DNA of 64,000 nucleotides, taken from positions 62,001 through 126,000 of the IMG/VR virus record IMGVR_UViG_3300030098_004828, one strand, 5' to 3'. A program made the translations under genes and the position numbers. A model generated the notes under the pieces. It saw only the letters and a program-made list of their open reading frames with translations. It was not told the origin of the DNA and did not search any database. Below are positions 49,264 through 58,575 of the stretch, piece by piece; position 1 is the first letter of the stretch; each line of letters begins with the position of its first letter.

Positions 49264-49354
49264 TATATAACATATATTTGTAACATTTACCTTCATATAA
49301 ATAATATACAAAACAGATATGAACTGTATGTTATAGGAAAGTTAAGTTAATGTT

Positions 49355-49386
49355 AAAAAAAAGGGACCATTACAGTCCCTTTTTTG
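49355..49386. terminator. Bidirectional intrinsic terminator between the convergent late and early blocks
   Basis: AAAAAAAAGGGAC-cattaca-GTCCCTTTTTT: inverted repeat with an A-tract on the left and a T-tract on the right. Confidence 0.8.
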
Positions 49387-49417
49387 AATTAATAACAATT
49401 AAAAATATGTTGGGTTT

Positions 49418-49543
49418 TTAAGAGTTTCCCCTCTCTTTTTTGTTTAAGTATTCTTTAACAGGATTTGTATTTGTCATCCTATTCACAAGTGCCTTTAATT
49501 TAGCAGGCATTCCTTGATTAGTGTCTAATTTGGTTTTTTTCAT
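49418..49543 (-). CDS. Possible small protein (41 aa)
   Basis: MKKTKLDTNQGMPAKLKALVNRMTNTNPVKEYLNKKERGNS, AT-rich leader, ends just before the terminator. Confidence 0.35.
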   Translation of the reverse strand: MKKTKLDTNQGMPAKLKALVNRMTNTNPVKEYLNKKERGNS

Positions 49544-49629
49544 AATTAATTAATTTAATATTAAACAAATGTGAAAGGATGAAACCGAAAGGAAAATGGA
49601 AAGTAAACCAAACGGTATCACCCGTTCAC

Positions 49630-50070
49630 TTAAACTCCAGTACTTCCTAAACCTCCAGATCCTCTATCAGTATCTTCAAGAAATTCAACGCTTTTAAATT
49701 TCATTTGCTCACATGGAGCAAATACAATTTGTGCAATTCTATCTCCTTTTAATACACTATAATGAGATTTTCCAAGATTTATTAGTATAATTTTTATTTC
49801 TCCTCTATAATCTGAATCAATTGTTCCAGGAGAGTTTAAAACTATAATCTGTTTTTTGGCAGCAAGACCACTGCGTGATCTTATTTGCCCTTCATACCCT
49901 TTAGGTATTTCCATAAATAATCCTGTACCAACAACAACACTGCTTCCTTTTTTAATTACAGCATCTTCATTAGCCCTAAGATCCATACCTGCTGAATTTG
50001 CAGTTTCATACCTAGGATCAGGATTATTGGATTTATTTATTAATTTTATTTTAGATTTAAATATATTCAT
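49630..50070 (-). CDS. dut: dUTP diphosphatase (trimeric dUTPase)
   Basis: All five motifs present: AGMDL, RSGL, GTIDSDYRGEI, GDRIAQ, RGSGGLGSTG. Start at 50070 gives an ATGA overlap with the upstream gene. Confidence 0.95.
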   Translation of the reverse strand: MNIFKSKIKLINKSNNPDPRYETANSAGMDLRANEDAVIKKGSSVVVGTGLFMEIPKGYEGQIRSRSGLAAKKQIIVLNSPGTIDSDYRGEIKIILINLGKSHYSVLKGDRIAQIVFAPCEQMKFKSVEFLEDTDRGSGGLGSTGV

Positions 50071-50249
50071 AGTTCTTCGCCTATACATTTTTTCATTAGG
50101 TTTGCTAGCTTGCTTTCAATAAGTTCAACTATACTTACTAATGAGGTTAAAACAAATAATGTTGCCCAGAACATTATAACTAGTATAAGTAGTATAATAC
50201 CACATAAAGTTCTACCGCAATTTAATAATAATTTTGATATTTTTTTCAT
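50067..50249 (-). CDS. Small membrane protein (60 aa)
   Basis: Long hydrophobic core; coupled by ATGA overlaps on both sides. Confidence 0.55.
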   Translation of the reverse strand: MKKISKLLLNCGRTLCGIILLILVIMFWATLFVLTSLVSIVELIESKLANLMKKCIGEEL

Positions 50250-51112
50250 TTAAAGTATTTTATTTTGTTCCAAGGTATGGAATTTTTGTGACATTTTACA
50301 AAATCTTCCATCCATTGTCTTTTATATTCTGTTCTATATACTATATTGTTTTTATCATACTCTTCATAATCTTCTTCTTGTAATTCTGGCACCCAAAGTT
50401 CTGTTTCTGCGTCAAAATTATTTAATAAATTATGATGATGTCTTCTATTATTATGTGTTAAAAACTCACAACCTGCATGAAGACTTTTTTCTGATATTAC
50501 ATGATCATTAATTAAAGCAAATAATTCTTCATAATCATCTAACCATCCATCATAAATTATAATAGGACTATAGTTTATACGAACATCATAATCTGCTTTT
50601 ATAAATTTTTCTAAAGATTGTATTCTTTCTAATATTGTTGATGTTTCTGGTTCATGTATTATTCTTTTTGATTCAGGCATTAAGTTGAATGTTATTCTGA
50701 TTTTTTGGTCTGGTTTATAGTCTAAAAGCTTTTCATTTACATATCTTGTTGAAAATGAAGCCATTATATCATTGTGATTTTTAAAAAAATTAAATATTCT
50801 TTTCCATTCATGATGTTCAAGATGAAACGCAAAGTCTTCATAATGTCCAATATCATATACTATATACTTATCATGAGCAGAATTTGGTTTTATTATTTTA
50901 GATTTTTCAAATATTACGTGATTGTTTATTTCTGTTAAAATCTGGTTAGTGTTTTTTGCAAGAGATAAACCTGTTGGTTTATTTCTTTTTGCACTCATAT
51001 AAGTACAATTATATAAACACCCTAAACCAAAAGAGGGAGATATATAATCTGAAGAACTACCATCTGGTAATATCTTCAGATTATTTCTAATATCTCTTGT
51101 GATTAATGTCAT
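50246..51112 (-). CDS. Spore photoproduct lyase (radical SAM)-like protein with a degenerate cluster motif
   Basis: SPSFGLGCLYNCTYM (CxxxCxxM), YDIG..EDF..H, FST.YVN, LMPE, ERI, SPII, FLTHN follow the SPL-family pattern. Confidence 0.7.
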   Translation of the reverse strand: MTLITRDIRNNLKILPDGSSSDYISPSFGLGCLYNCTYMSAKRNKPTGLSLAKNTNQILTEINNHVIFEKSKIIKPNSAHDKYIVYDIGHYEDFAFHLEHHEWKRIFNFFKNHNDIMASFSTRYVNEKLLDYKPDQKIRITFNLMPESKRIIHEPETSTILERIQSLEKFIKADYDVRINYSPIIIYDGWLDDYEELFALINDHVISEKSLHAGCEFLTHNNRRHHHNLLNNFDAETELWVPELQEEDYEEYDKNNIVYRTEYKRQWMEDFVKCHKNSIPWNKIKYFK

Positions 51113-52005
51113 ATTTTGAATTCCTCAAATGTATCATACTCTTGAGCTTCCATATCAGCATCAAAATCTGATCCTTTAATAGCATGACTCCATACTCCTG
51201 CAGATCCAGATCCATATATTCCATCAGTTACATGCCCGTTGCCATTTTTATCTATCCAATTTTTATCCATTTGATGTAAACCAGATTGACTTAATAGTTC
51301 TGCAGTCATAAACTCATGAAATTTAACTTGATCACTCATCCATGTTCTTGGGTGAGATTTCTTAAAAGCGTGTGTAACATGATTATAAAATGTCCAAGCA
51401 TTATTAAGATCAGCATTATAATTATATGATGGATCTTTCATTTCTGCTTTAATAATAGAAACTTGTGATGCATCAATAATTTCTTCATCTAAAAATAGTC
51501 TGCCCACTAATTCAGCTTGACTTTTCTTAGGTAAGAATAGTTTTCTCATTTGATTTTTATCCTGAATTAATTTGGTATAATACTTATTAGCTGACTTAAT
51601 TTGTGAACTTATCTGAGTATGAATATCATGATCTGCTTTACCTGTATGTTTTCTAGCATAGTTTGCCATGTCTCCACATAACATACCGTTACTGCATACA
51701 TTTACGAAAGCTCCTACAGCACACTGAAAACGTGTACTTTTATCATAAGAGTTAGTCCAAGCAAACATCATACCCATTTCTTCATCTTCATTTGAAGCAA
51801 GGTGATATACTCCTTGTGCAACTTTAGCATTCATATTTGCTCTGTAAAGTTCTTTTGTGATTATAAAACCACTTTTGTTTAATAGAGTTTTAGTTTTCTC
51901 TATAACATCTTTATGAGGAATAACTGTGTAAGTTTTTCCATGATTAGGTAGTGGAGCTGCCACTAAAAAATCTTTTGTAGTAGTTGTTGGTCTTGTGTAT
52001 CCCAT
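51109..52005 (-). CDS. DUF932/DUF945-like protein
   Basis: WTNSYDKSTRF..AVGA...VCSNGM...RKHTG pattern. Confidence 0.65.
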   Translation of the reverse strand: MGYTRPTTTTKDFLVAAPLPNHGKTYTVIPHKDVIEKTKTLLNKSGFIITKELYRANMNAKVAQGVYHLASNEDEEMGMMFAWTNSYDKSTRFQCAVGAFVNVCSNGMLCGDMANYARKHTGKADHDIHTQISSQIKSANKYYTKLIQDKNQMRKLFLPKKSQAELVGRLFLDEEIIDASQVSIIKAEMKDPSYNYNADLNNAWTFYNHVTHAFKKSHPRTWMSDQVKFHEFMTAELLSQSGLHQMDKNWIDKNGNGHVTDGIYGSGSAGVWSHAIKGSDFDADMEAQEYDTFEEFKI

Positions 52006-52075
52006 TTTTAATTAGTTTTAATTTGCCAGAGGGGAGCCATGCACGAACGAAATCCTTGACTCCCTTGGACTTATG

Positions 52076-52105
52076 CAAATATAATAATAAAACTTATTCA
52101 AACAA
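52076..52105 (-). promoter_or_regulatory. Bacteroidota sigma-A-type promoter (TTG-N19-TATATTTG)
   Basis: Minus strand: TTG at 52105-52103, 19-nt spacer, TATATTTG at 52083-52076, upstream of the DUF932 gene. Confidence 0.6.
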
Positions 52106-53998
52106 TAATAATTGATTGTTTTTTACACCAATTATATTATTTATTTCTTTCTCAATTGCATTTAAATAATATTTCTCATTAATGTCATAGTCTGACCATT
52201 TTTTATTTTCTATCTTATTCATTACAGTTTGCACCCATTGGCCTGCTTCTAGTTGTATTTCTCTTTTATCATTTTTATTAATTTTTACTATTTTACAACC
52301 TTTGTTTGAAATGTAATATCTATTTATTTTTTGTAATTTATCTTTTGTTGCTATTCCTTTATTAATACATAATCCATATTGTTCCCATGCACCTTTAGAT
52401 TTACCTCCTATACAATAATCAAGAATATTTCTATTATGTTTTATTGTATGTTCTGGTAAAGTTCCATCAACAAAATAAGCGTACAGTGCTTTTGGAATGA
52501 TCAGTTTAGACTTGTTCTTATGAAGAGCTAATCCTTCAAATTCAAATCTACCTTTACATTTAGCTTTACCATTGGTATCAACAGCTATATAGTTATTGAC
52601 ATCAGCTAATACCAGTTTACTATACTGATCATGTTCAAGATTAAGACCGGTTATTTCCTCCCATTCTTTACATACTTCCATATATTGAGATATGTATTCT
52701 TTAGGGATTATAGTCTCAACACCATCAGTATTTTGCAATAAAGCAACAGCTTCTGGTATTCTAGTCATAATCATTTCATATAGCATCATTAATGTAAGTT
52801 GACCATTAACAGTAATAAACATAGTAAACTGCGGATCATATAGAAAAGAGTTTTTATCATTACTCAACCCGTAAGTTGAATTTAAGATAATTTTATACAC
52901 ATAGTTCATTGGATCACTTTTTGGTATCTTCTTTCTTTCATCAAAGAACCATTGATATAATTCACAAAACTTTTCTTTAGGTATATGAGCCGGTGCATAT
53001 TTATTAACAATAGCTAAATTAGGATAGAAGCTAGTAACATCTGATGACATTATAACCTTTTCATCATTAGATTCATAAACTCCAGCTTTAGTAGCACCAT
53101 GGGCACCACCTAATCCAAAATGAGTTTTAACTCCTTTATATGTAACAAAAGATTTAAACCCTCCTTTAGTATAATTAGGATTTACTTCAACCGTTTTAAA
53201 CTTTTCTAATAAAGTTATAAATTCAGGTGTCTCAAACTTAATATAATCTAATATAAGATCTTTAACTTTAATTACATTTCTAAAAGTCCTTAACTTCTTA
53301 ATTTCATATTTTGGCATATCTAGTTCTTTACTAAGATAATAAGCAAATAATTCTTTACTTATCCTTGGTTCAGATGCACTAAATAAATTAATATTATATT
53401 TCTCAGTTAAGTTCTTTCTCAATGCAATCAAAGGTTTACATCTATTAAAAATCTCTTTAGTTGCTTCTACATCATTAATACAGTATTCAATAACTAGATT
53501 TAACTGATCTTGTGTATTTATTTCTGTTTCATGATGTATGGGCATATCTAAGATGTTATCCCAATCCATAGTGTATTCTATCCACTTAAGACTAGATCTC
53601 TTAGCCATGTTATCCCAATGGTTTAATTTAAATACATCTATTTGTTTAATAGACATATGCCATTCGGGAAACTCTTGAAACTCATGTTTATTGCTTTTAT
53701 CTATACATGATTGGGCATAATGATATATTTCTTCAGCTATTTCTTCACCAGACATTAACTTTAAATTCTCATAGTCTTTTATTATATAGTGAGTGATCTG
53801 TGCATCAAATGCTAATCCATTATAGGATATATGCCACTCTTTATTTTCAATATTTTCTTTTAGAAACTCTATAAATGACTCAAAATCATTACGCTGTTCA
53901 CATACCGCAAAGATTTTAGTTTCCTCAGTTTTGTAATGTTTAAATACACCTACAAAACAATTCACTAGAGTTTCATAATCCATTATCCAGTGATTCAT
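52094..53998 (-). CDS. polB: Family B DNA polymerase with 3'-5' exonuclease
   Basis: Exo motifs DYET, YNGLAFD, YCINDV; polymerase motifs SSDVTSFYPN, KIILNSTYG, QNTDG. True start is likely MNHW at 53998, since the ORF-track extension runs through a hairpin. Confidence 0.9.
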   Translation of the reverse strand: MNHWIMDYETLVNCFVGVFKHYKTEETKIFAVCEQRNDFESFIEFLKENIENKEWHISYNGLAFDAQITHYIIKDYENLKLMSGEEIAEEIYHYAQSCIDKSNKHEFQEFPEWHMSIKQIDVFKLNHWDNMAKRSSLKWIEYTMDWDNILDMPIHHETEINTQDQLNLVIEYCINDVEATKEIFNRCKPLIALRKNLTEKYNINLFSASEPRISKELFAYYLSKELDMPKYEIKKLRTFRNVIKVKDLILDYIKFETPEFITLLEKFKTVEVNPNYTKGGFKSFVTYKGVKTHFGLGGAHGATKAGVYESNDEKVIMSSDVTSFYPNLAIVNKYAPAHIPKEKFCELYQWFFDERKKIPKSDPMNYVYKIILNSTYGLSNDKNSFLYDPQFTMFITVNGQLTLMMLYEMIMTRIPEAVALLQNTDGVETIIPKEYISQYMEVCKEWEEITGLNLEHDQYSKLVLADVNNYIAVDTNGKAKCKGRFEFEGLALHKNKSKLIIPKALYAYFVDGTLPEHTIKHNRNILDYCIGGKSKGAWEQYGLCINKGIATKDKLQKINRYYISNKGCKIVKINKNDKREIQLEAGQWVQTVMNKIENKKWSDYDINEKYYLNAIEKEINNIIGVKNNQLLLFE

Positions 53999-54015
53999 AT
54001 TATTAAATTTTATGT

Positions 54016-54054
54016 AAAAAAATAGGGAGCCGTCACACAAACCGGCTCCCTATT
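54016..54054 (-). terminator. Intrinsic terminator-like hairpin
   Basis: AATAGGGAGCCG / CGGCTCCCTATT 12-bp perfect inverted repeat followed by a T-tract on the minus strand. Confidence 0.7.
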
Positions 54055-54108
54055 AGAATTAAGTATTAACTTAATTCATCATGAAAACAATAGTCATTTA
54101 ATGGCTGA

Positions 54109-54612
54109 CTAAACCTTATCTATTGGTTTAATAATAGGAACAGGTTCTGATACTATATCAGGTTGTGTAAATATTTTCTTATTATTTTCAGGAGTAATCT
54201 CCTCACCAGTTTCATTATCACAGTCTTCACAACCGTTATAATTTTGGTCTATATATTGCATATAGTCAAAAATTTCTGCGTTTATAGCAAATAATTCAAC
54301 TAATTGCTGAATGTCTTTTATATCACCTATATAAACTTCTCCATATGTATCAACCAATCTTCTTTCTTCTTTGATTGATTCACCACCTGGACGAGGTTTT
54401 TTAGTTGGTACATGATCTCCATTATCATCTAATTTAGGAACCATATGGTAACTTTGCTTTACTTTATCTAAGATAACTGCAAGCATTTGAGATTCTGGAT
54501 CAAATATACACTCAACATAAGGACATTCCCTTCCTATTGGTATAAGCTTAAATGTTTTTTTCATTCTCCATACTGTTGATATTAACAGCATGTTTTTAAA
54601 GTCTTTCTTCAT
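54109..54612 (-). CDS. Hypothetical protein (167 aa)
   Basis: ORF with a TATATTTG element 25 nt upstream. Confidence 0.6.
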   Translation of the reverse strand: MKKDFKNMLLISTVWRMKKTFKLIPIGRECPYVECIFDPESQMLAVILDKVKQSYHMVPKLDDNGDHVPTKKPRPGGESIKEERRLVDTYGEVYIGDIKDIQQLVELFAINAEIFDYMQYIDQNYNGCEDCDNETGEEITPENNKKIFTQPDIVSEPVPIIKPIDKV

Positions 54613-54636
54613 GATTAAAATATTTTAAAATATTAG

Positions 54637-54644
54637 CAAATATA
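54637..54644 (-). promoter_or_regulatory. Bacteroidota -7 element (TATATTTG)
   Basis: Matches TAnnTTTG in an intergenic gap; no clear -33 TTG found. Confidence 0.4.
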
Positions 54645-54653
54645 CTATTTTTT

Positions 54654-55256
54654 TTAATATATAAACATTTTTTCATGAATATATTCTCTTTTAAATTCTT
54701 CAAGTCTTTTATTAGGTTTATCACAAAGCTCACCTACTTCTTCTAATAACTCTATTGGTATGTTTAATAATTCTGAATATTCCTCATAAAAATGATGGGG
54801 ATATAAATAACTTTCTACATATTGAGATATAGTTCCTATAGGTCCAAAAAAATTCATTATTCTTTTTTTTGCAAGTTCAGACATTTTAGAATAGTGTCCC
54901 TTTCTAAAATGTATCATGTCTAATTCAAATGCAGGCATATCAAATAATACTAAATCAAATTCAATACTATTATGAATAAAAGGAAATGATTTATAATAAA
55001 ACTTATTATCTTTAATTATTTCATCAAGAAATGAAAGATACATTGATTTACTTTTTTGATCATCAGGACGTAAATATAAGCAACAAAATTTGCTCCCATT
55101 TTCACCATCACATTTTTCTTCTGGAAGTATAGTATCTTTATACGTCCAAGATGTGTATGTTTGAATAGGAACAAATCTCATTCCTTTTTTAATTCCTAAG
55201 AGTGGATATAAGAAAACTTTACTTTTCTGAAAATATTCTTTATAAATTTCTTTCAT
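54654..55256 (-). CDS. Hypothetical protein (200 aa)
   Basis: ORF coupled by ATGA overlap; no motif assigned. Confidence 0.6.
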   Translation of the reverse strand: MKEIYKEYFQKSKVFLYPLLGIKKGMRFVPIQTYTSWTYKDTILPEEKCDGENGSKFCCLYLRPDDQKSKSMYLSFLDEIIKDNKFYYKSFPFIHNSIEFDLVLFDMPAFELDMIHFRKGHYSKMSELAKKRIMNFFGPIGTISQYVESYLYPHHFYEEYSELLNIPIELLEEVGELCDKPNKRLEEFKREYIHEKMFIY

Positions 55257-56260
55257 AATGTAACATTACCGTTAGCAAAATCATATGGCAGATCATATTT
55301 TCTTTCACTGTAATGATAATTTGCTTCTTGTAATGTATCCATTAATCCTTGTATCCATTTTAATTGTGTTTCTTCTGACACAGGAAAGACATAGACCTGA
55401 TCATATTTGTCTATAACCACAAATTTAAAAATAATTTTGTAATCTTGTTGATTTTCATCAACATTTTTCATTACAAGTAGTGAATATACAGCTGCTTGCA
55501 GCCAATAATTATAAAAATCCACTGTTTCAGCAAAATTTTCTAATGGTTTTGCAGTTGTTTTTAAATCTATTATGGTTATTGTCTTTGTTTTATCATCAAT
55601 TATATATTTATCAATGATACCTTTTAGTCCGAATTTAAACTTACTTAATCCACATTCTAATTTCTTTTCATTATATACTTTAATATTATCTAAATCCCAA
55701 TCAGTGCCTTCTTGCATTAATAGAGACATAACATCTTTATTAGCTTTTATTAATTCAACTCTTTCAGTTGCTTTAAGCAACATTTCATTATCTATAATAT
55801 CTTTTTTCTGATCTTGACACAAAAAATACAGATATTCTGCATTTTCAGGTGTATTAATCTTATCTATTCTTTTTTGATCATCTTTAAACGATTGATATAA
55901 ATTATTTTCTTTTAATGCTTCTAATATTTGTTCATCTAATTCATCTAATTTAATAGTAGTACCTATAGCTTGATGTGGATCAAAAAACATATTACTAATG
56001 CTTTTTAATACTTTACGAACATTGTCTGATGGTACTTTATTTGGAACAATAGAAAACTCATCATGGAGTTTCTCAGGCTGTAATAACATTAAATGAAGTA
56101 ATTTACCTTCAATTAAATGTTTATCAGTCTTAAGTTCCCTTTCTTTAAGAATATAATCTCTATAAAAGAGTTTTGGTGAAAATAACAATCTGTTTAAGGA
56201 GGAGTAGCTAAACTTAAACTCCTCCTTATAAAACAGATCTTCTTTGACTTTATCTATCAT
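55253..56260 (-). CDS. PD-(D/E)xK exonuclease (RecE/ExoVIII-like)
   Basis: FSYSSL..L..SP, GKLLH, LKGIIDK..IIDLKT, YWLQAAVY. Confidence 0.8.
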   Translation of the reverse strand: MIDKVKEDLFYKEEFKFSYSSLNRLLFSPKLFYRDYILKERELKTDKHLIEGKLLHLMLLQPEKLHDEFSIVPNKVPSDNVRKVLKSISNMFFDPHQAIGTTIKLDELDEQILEALKENNLYQSFKDDQKRIDKINTPENAEYLYFLCQDQKKDIIDNEMLLKATERVELIKANKDVMSLLMQEGTDWDLDNIKVYNEKKLECGLSKFKFGLKGIIDKYIIDDKTKTITIIDLKTTAKPLENFAETVDFYNYWLQAAVYSLLVMKNVDENQQDYKIIFKFVVIDKYDQVYVFPVSEETQLKWIQGLMDTLQEANYHYSERKYDLPYDFANGNVTL

Positions 56261-57519
56261 AATCTATGTGATTCAGTGTGCATATCAACCATTGCTTCTA
56301 GGTTATCAAGTACAACTTGTTCAGTTTTAACCCTTGCTTGAAGTTCCGCTTTTAATTGGATACTATCAGGACTAATACTAAATACATTTTTACTATCAAC
56401 ACCCATCTGAGATGATAATACATCATCATACATCTTTTGAGCAACTTCTTTCCAAGCAACTTCAGTTAATGCATCATCTTTAATTAGTTGCTCAATTAAG
56501 TAATTATAACTATGACACCAGTTCCAACCAGATAATTGTATGTACCTATCAAACTTCTTCCTTACGGATTTAAAGTTAACAGTATTCCATACAGATGAAT
56601 CTTTCATAGAATCACTTAAGAATGAAAATAATAGTGCTAAATATGTATGAGACTTTTGAATATTACAATTAGCAATGATGCTCAAAGCTAAGTTCATATT
56701 CTCTTTGTCCCTAGTACCTTCCCAACCACAACCACTTTCAGTCTTTTCCCAACCAAGCATAGTTTTAAGTTGTATATACATTTCTTCATTTAATACTTCA
56801 GAATCTTCTGTAGCAAGTTCATTCATATTAGTGTCCCAAACAAGTTTAGACATATTAACTTGTATATCATTCCACTGATTTAATGATTCAATATAATAAT
56901 GATACTTACTATTACCTCCTACACTTCTTATTGATTCACACATTTTAGAATATCTATCAAGATTATTAACACCATCATAATAATATGTACTAAACCATTC
57001 ACATTCATATACAATATGAGCATCTGCAGGTATTTTACTTAGCATGTTTACAATTTCATCATAAAGATCATCTTCAAACTGATCTTTATAAACTCCTGCC
57101 CAAGAAAGCACATCTGCAGGATCTGTTTCTGCAAGCCATCTAGTACAAAATAATCCATCAAAGTACTTTTCAGATACAATACCATAGTCTGCCTGGTGAA
57201 AATCTCTTTTCAATTTAAGATCAAACTTTTCTTGTAGTATCTTTACCTTATCTCTTGATAAACTAAGTCTAGGAAATCTATATAGTGAATTAGCATTCTT
57301 AAGATCATCAGATGTAATAGTTTCAATACCACTCATTATTTTTTTAATTTCTGCATTATTAACTCTATTAGAATATCTACCACTATTATCACCTGATTCT
57401 ATATGATGACCTAATTGTCTTACTTTAAAACTACCATTTTGCAATTTTAAAGTATTATTTATTTTGTCACATTTACCCGGGTCAATATCAATTAACCATA
57501 ATTGTTTTAAATCTGTCAT
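56257..57519 (-). CDS. Hypothetical protein (420 aa), probable paralog of 57516-58574, possible BRCT-like segment
   Basis: LYRFPRLSLSRDKVKILQEKFDLKLKRDFHQADYGIV and VLNEEMYIQLKTML align loosely with the neighbouring gene. Confidence 0.5.
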   Translation of the reverse strand: MTDLKQLWLIDIDPGKCDKINNTLKLQNGSFKVRQLGHHIESGDNSGRYSNRVNNAEIKKIMSGIETITSDDLKNANSLYRFPRLSLSRDKVKILQEKFDLKLKRDFHQADYGIVSEKYFDGLFCTRWLAETDPADVLSWAGVYKDQFEDDLYDEIVNMLSKIPADAHIVYECEWFSTYYYDGVNNLDRYSKMCESIRSVGGNSKYHYYIESLNQWNDIQVNMSKLVWDTNMNELATEDSEVLNEEMYIQLKTMLGWEKTESGCGWEGTRDKENMNLALSIIANCNIQKSHTYLALLFSFLSDSMKDSSVWNTVNFKSVRKKFDRYIQLSGWNWCHSYNYLIEQLIKDDALTEVAWKEVAQKMYDDVLSSQMGVDSKNVFSISPDSIQLKAELQARVKTEQVVLDNLEAMVDMHTESHRL

Positions 57520-58574
57520 TTTTTAACTTTTAAATATTTCCTATACTCTTCTTTAACTGCCACTTTAAAGGTATATAGTTCTCTATTATTAATACTAATT
57601 TCTTTACGAACAATAGGTTCAAGGTATCTAAATGATTCTGAATCAAGACATTCTTGTTCTTCTAGTTCTTTAATCATGGATTCAGCATTATGATGAGAAT
57701 AACTATTAAAATTAGATTTATCCATCCAATAATTCATATCTTTATCTCTATTAAACCTATACATATAACCACTAACTTCAGTTGCTAACTTCCATATAAG
57801 ATGTTTCTTCTTTCTGTAATCAATAGCAGGCATCATCTTTTTAACTAATTCTTTTTCTTCATGACTACCATCCCTAATCATTCTAACAAGATCATCTAGT
57901 AGTTGTTCATCAAGAACTGTTTTATTAGCTGACTCATTTAAACATGTCTCAGCATATATAACAGGTATTTGTTCATGTCTAATACGATATGCAATTTGTA
58001 TCGCTAATGGTGTAAACACATAAGCTTCATATAGATCTTCATCATAATCAATACTATTTCTACTATATGTCTCTGCCATCTTATCATCAAATACAATTTG
58101 AATATTAGGATCTACATTTGGTTCACTTTGTTTATCAGCTAAGTCTACACTTACACTAATATCCATAGCTTCATAGTTCATAGTTTTAAATAACATACTA
58201 TTAGTTCTAATTGACTCACCATCACTATGATATTGACCATATTCATTATGAGTTACAAAAAAATCAGCTTTATTAAAATCATTTGTTACAGTAATACTAT
58301 GCTCTCTTAATGCTTCCTTTAGTCTAGGTAATGATACTGGACATCCTGGAAGTATAAAAGCTTTTTTATATTGAGATAGATCTACTATATCTATCTCATC
58401 ATTAAAATATTTTTGAAATACTCTATAAGTGTTATTTAGATCACAAAATACGGCTTGACCCATATCCCAACTTTGTCTAGATAAAGCAACCTGATATACA
58501 GGCTGCCCATCTAAACCAAAGTCTTCTAATTGTTCCTTAATAGCACCCAAAGTACAATTATAAACTTTACTCAT
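57516..58574 (-). CDS. Hypothetical protein (352 aa), probable paralog of 56257-57519
   Basis: AFILPGCPVSLPRLKEALREHSITVTNDFNKADFFV and VLDEQLLDDLVRMI. Confidence 0.5.
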   Translation of the reverse strand: MSKVYNCTLGAIKEQLEDFGLDGQPVYQVALSRQSWDMGQAVFCDLNNTYRVFQKYFNDEIDIVDLSQYKKAFILPGCPVSLPRLKEALREHSITVTNDFNKADFFVTHNEYGQYHSDGESIRTNSMLFKTMNYEAMDISVSVDLADKQSEPNVDPNIQIVFDDKMAETYSRNSIDYDEDLYEAYVFTPLAIQIAYRIRHEQIPVIYAETCLNESANKTVLDEQLLDDLVRMIRDGSHEEKELVKKMMPAIDYRKKKHLIWKLATEVSGYMYRFNRDKDMNYWMDKSNFNSYSHHNAESMIKELEEQECLDSESFRYLEPIVRKEISINNRELYTFKVAVKEEYRKYLKVKK

Positions 58575-58575
58575 C

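Noticed and set aside
49570-49630. Purine-rich GAAAGG-repeated tract and weak hairpin after dut
   Set aside because: Only a 5-6 bp stem and no convincing ORF or known motif; insufficient to call.
53999-54040. N-terminal extension MCDGSLFFYIKFNN of PolB in the ORF track
   Set aside because: Runs through the GC-rich hairpin; the downstream Met (53998) has an AT-rich leader and precedes the Exo I motif at normal distance.
37129-54040. Inteins, group I introns or homing endonucleases in nrdJ or polB
   Set aside because: Both ORFs are uninterrupted and of ordinary length; no intein splice motifs or LAGLIDADG/HNH/GIY-YIG motifs seen.
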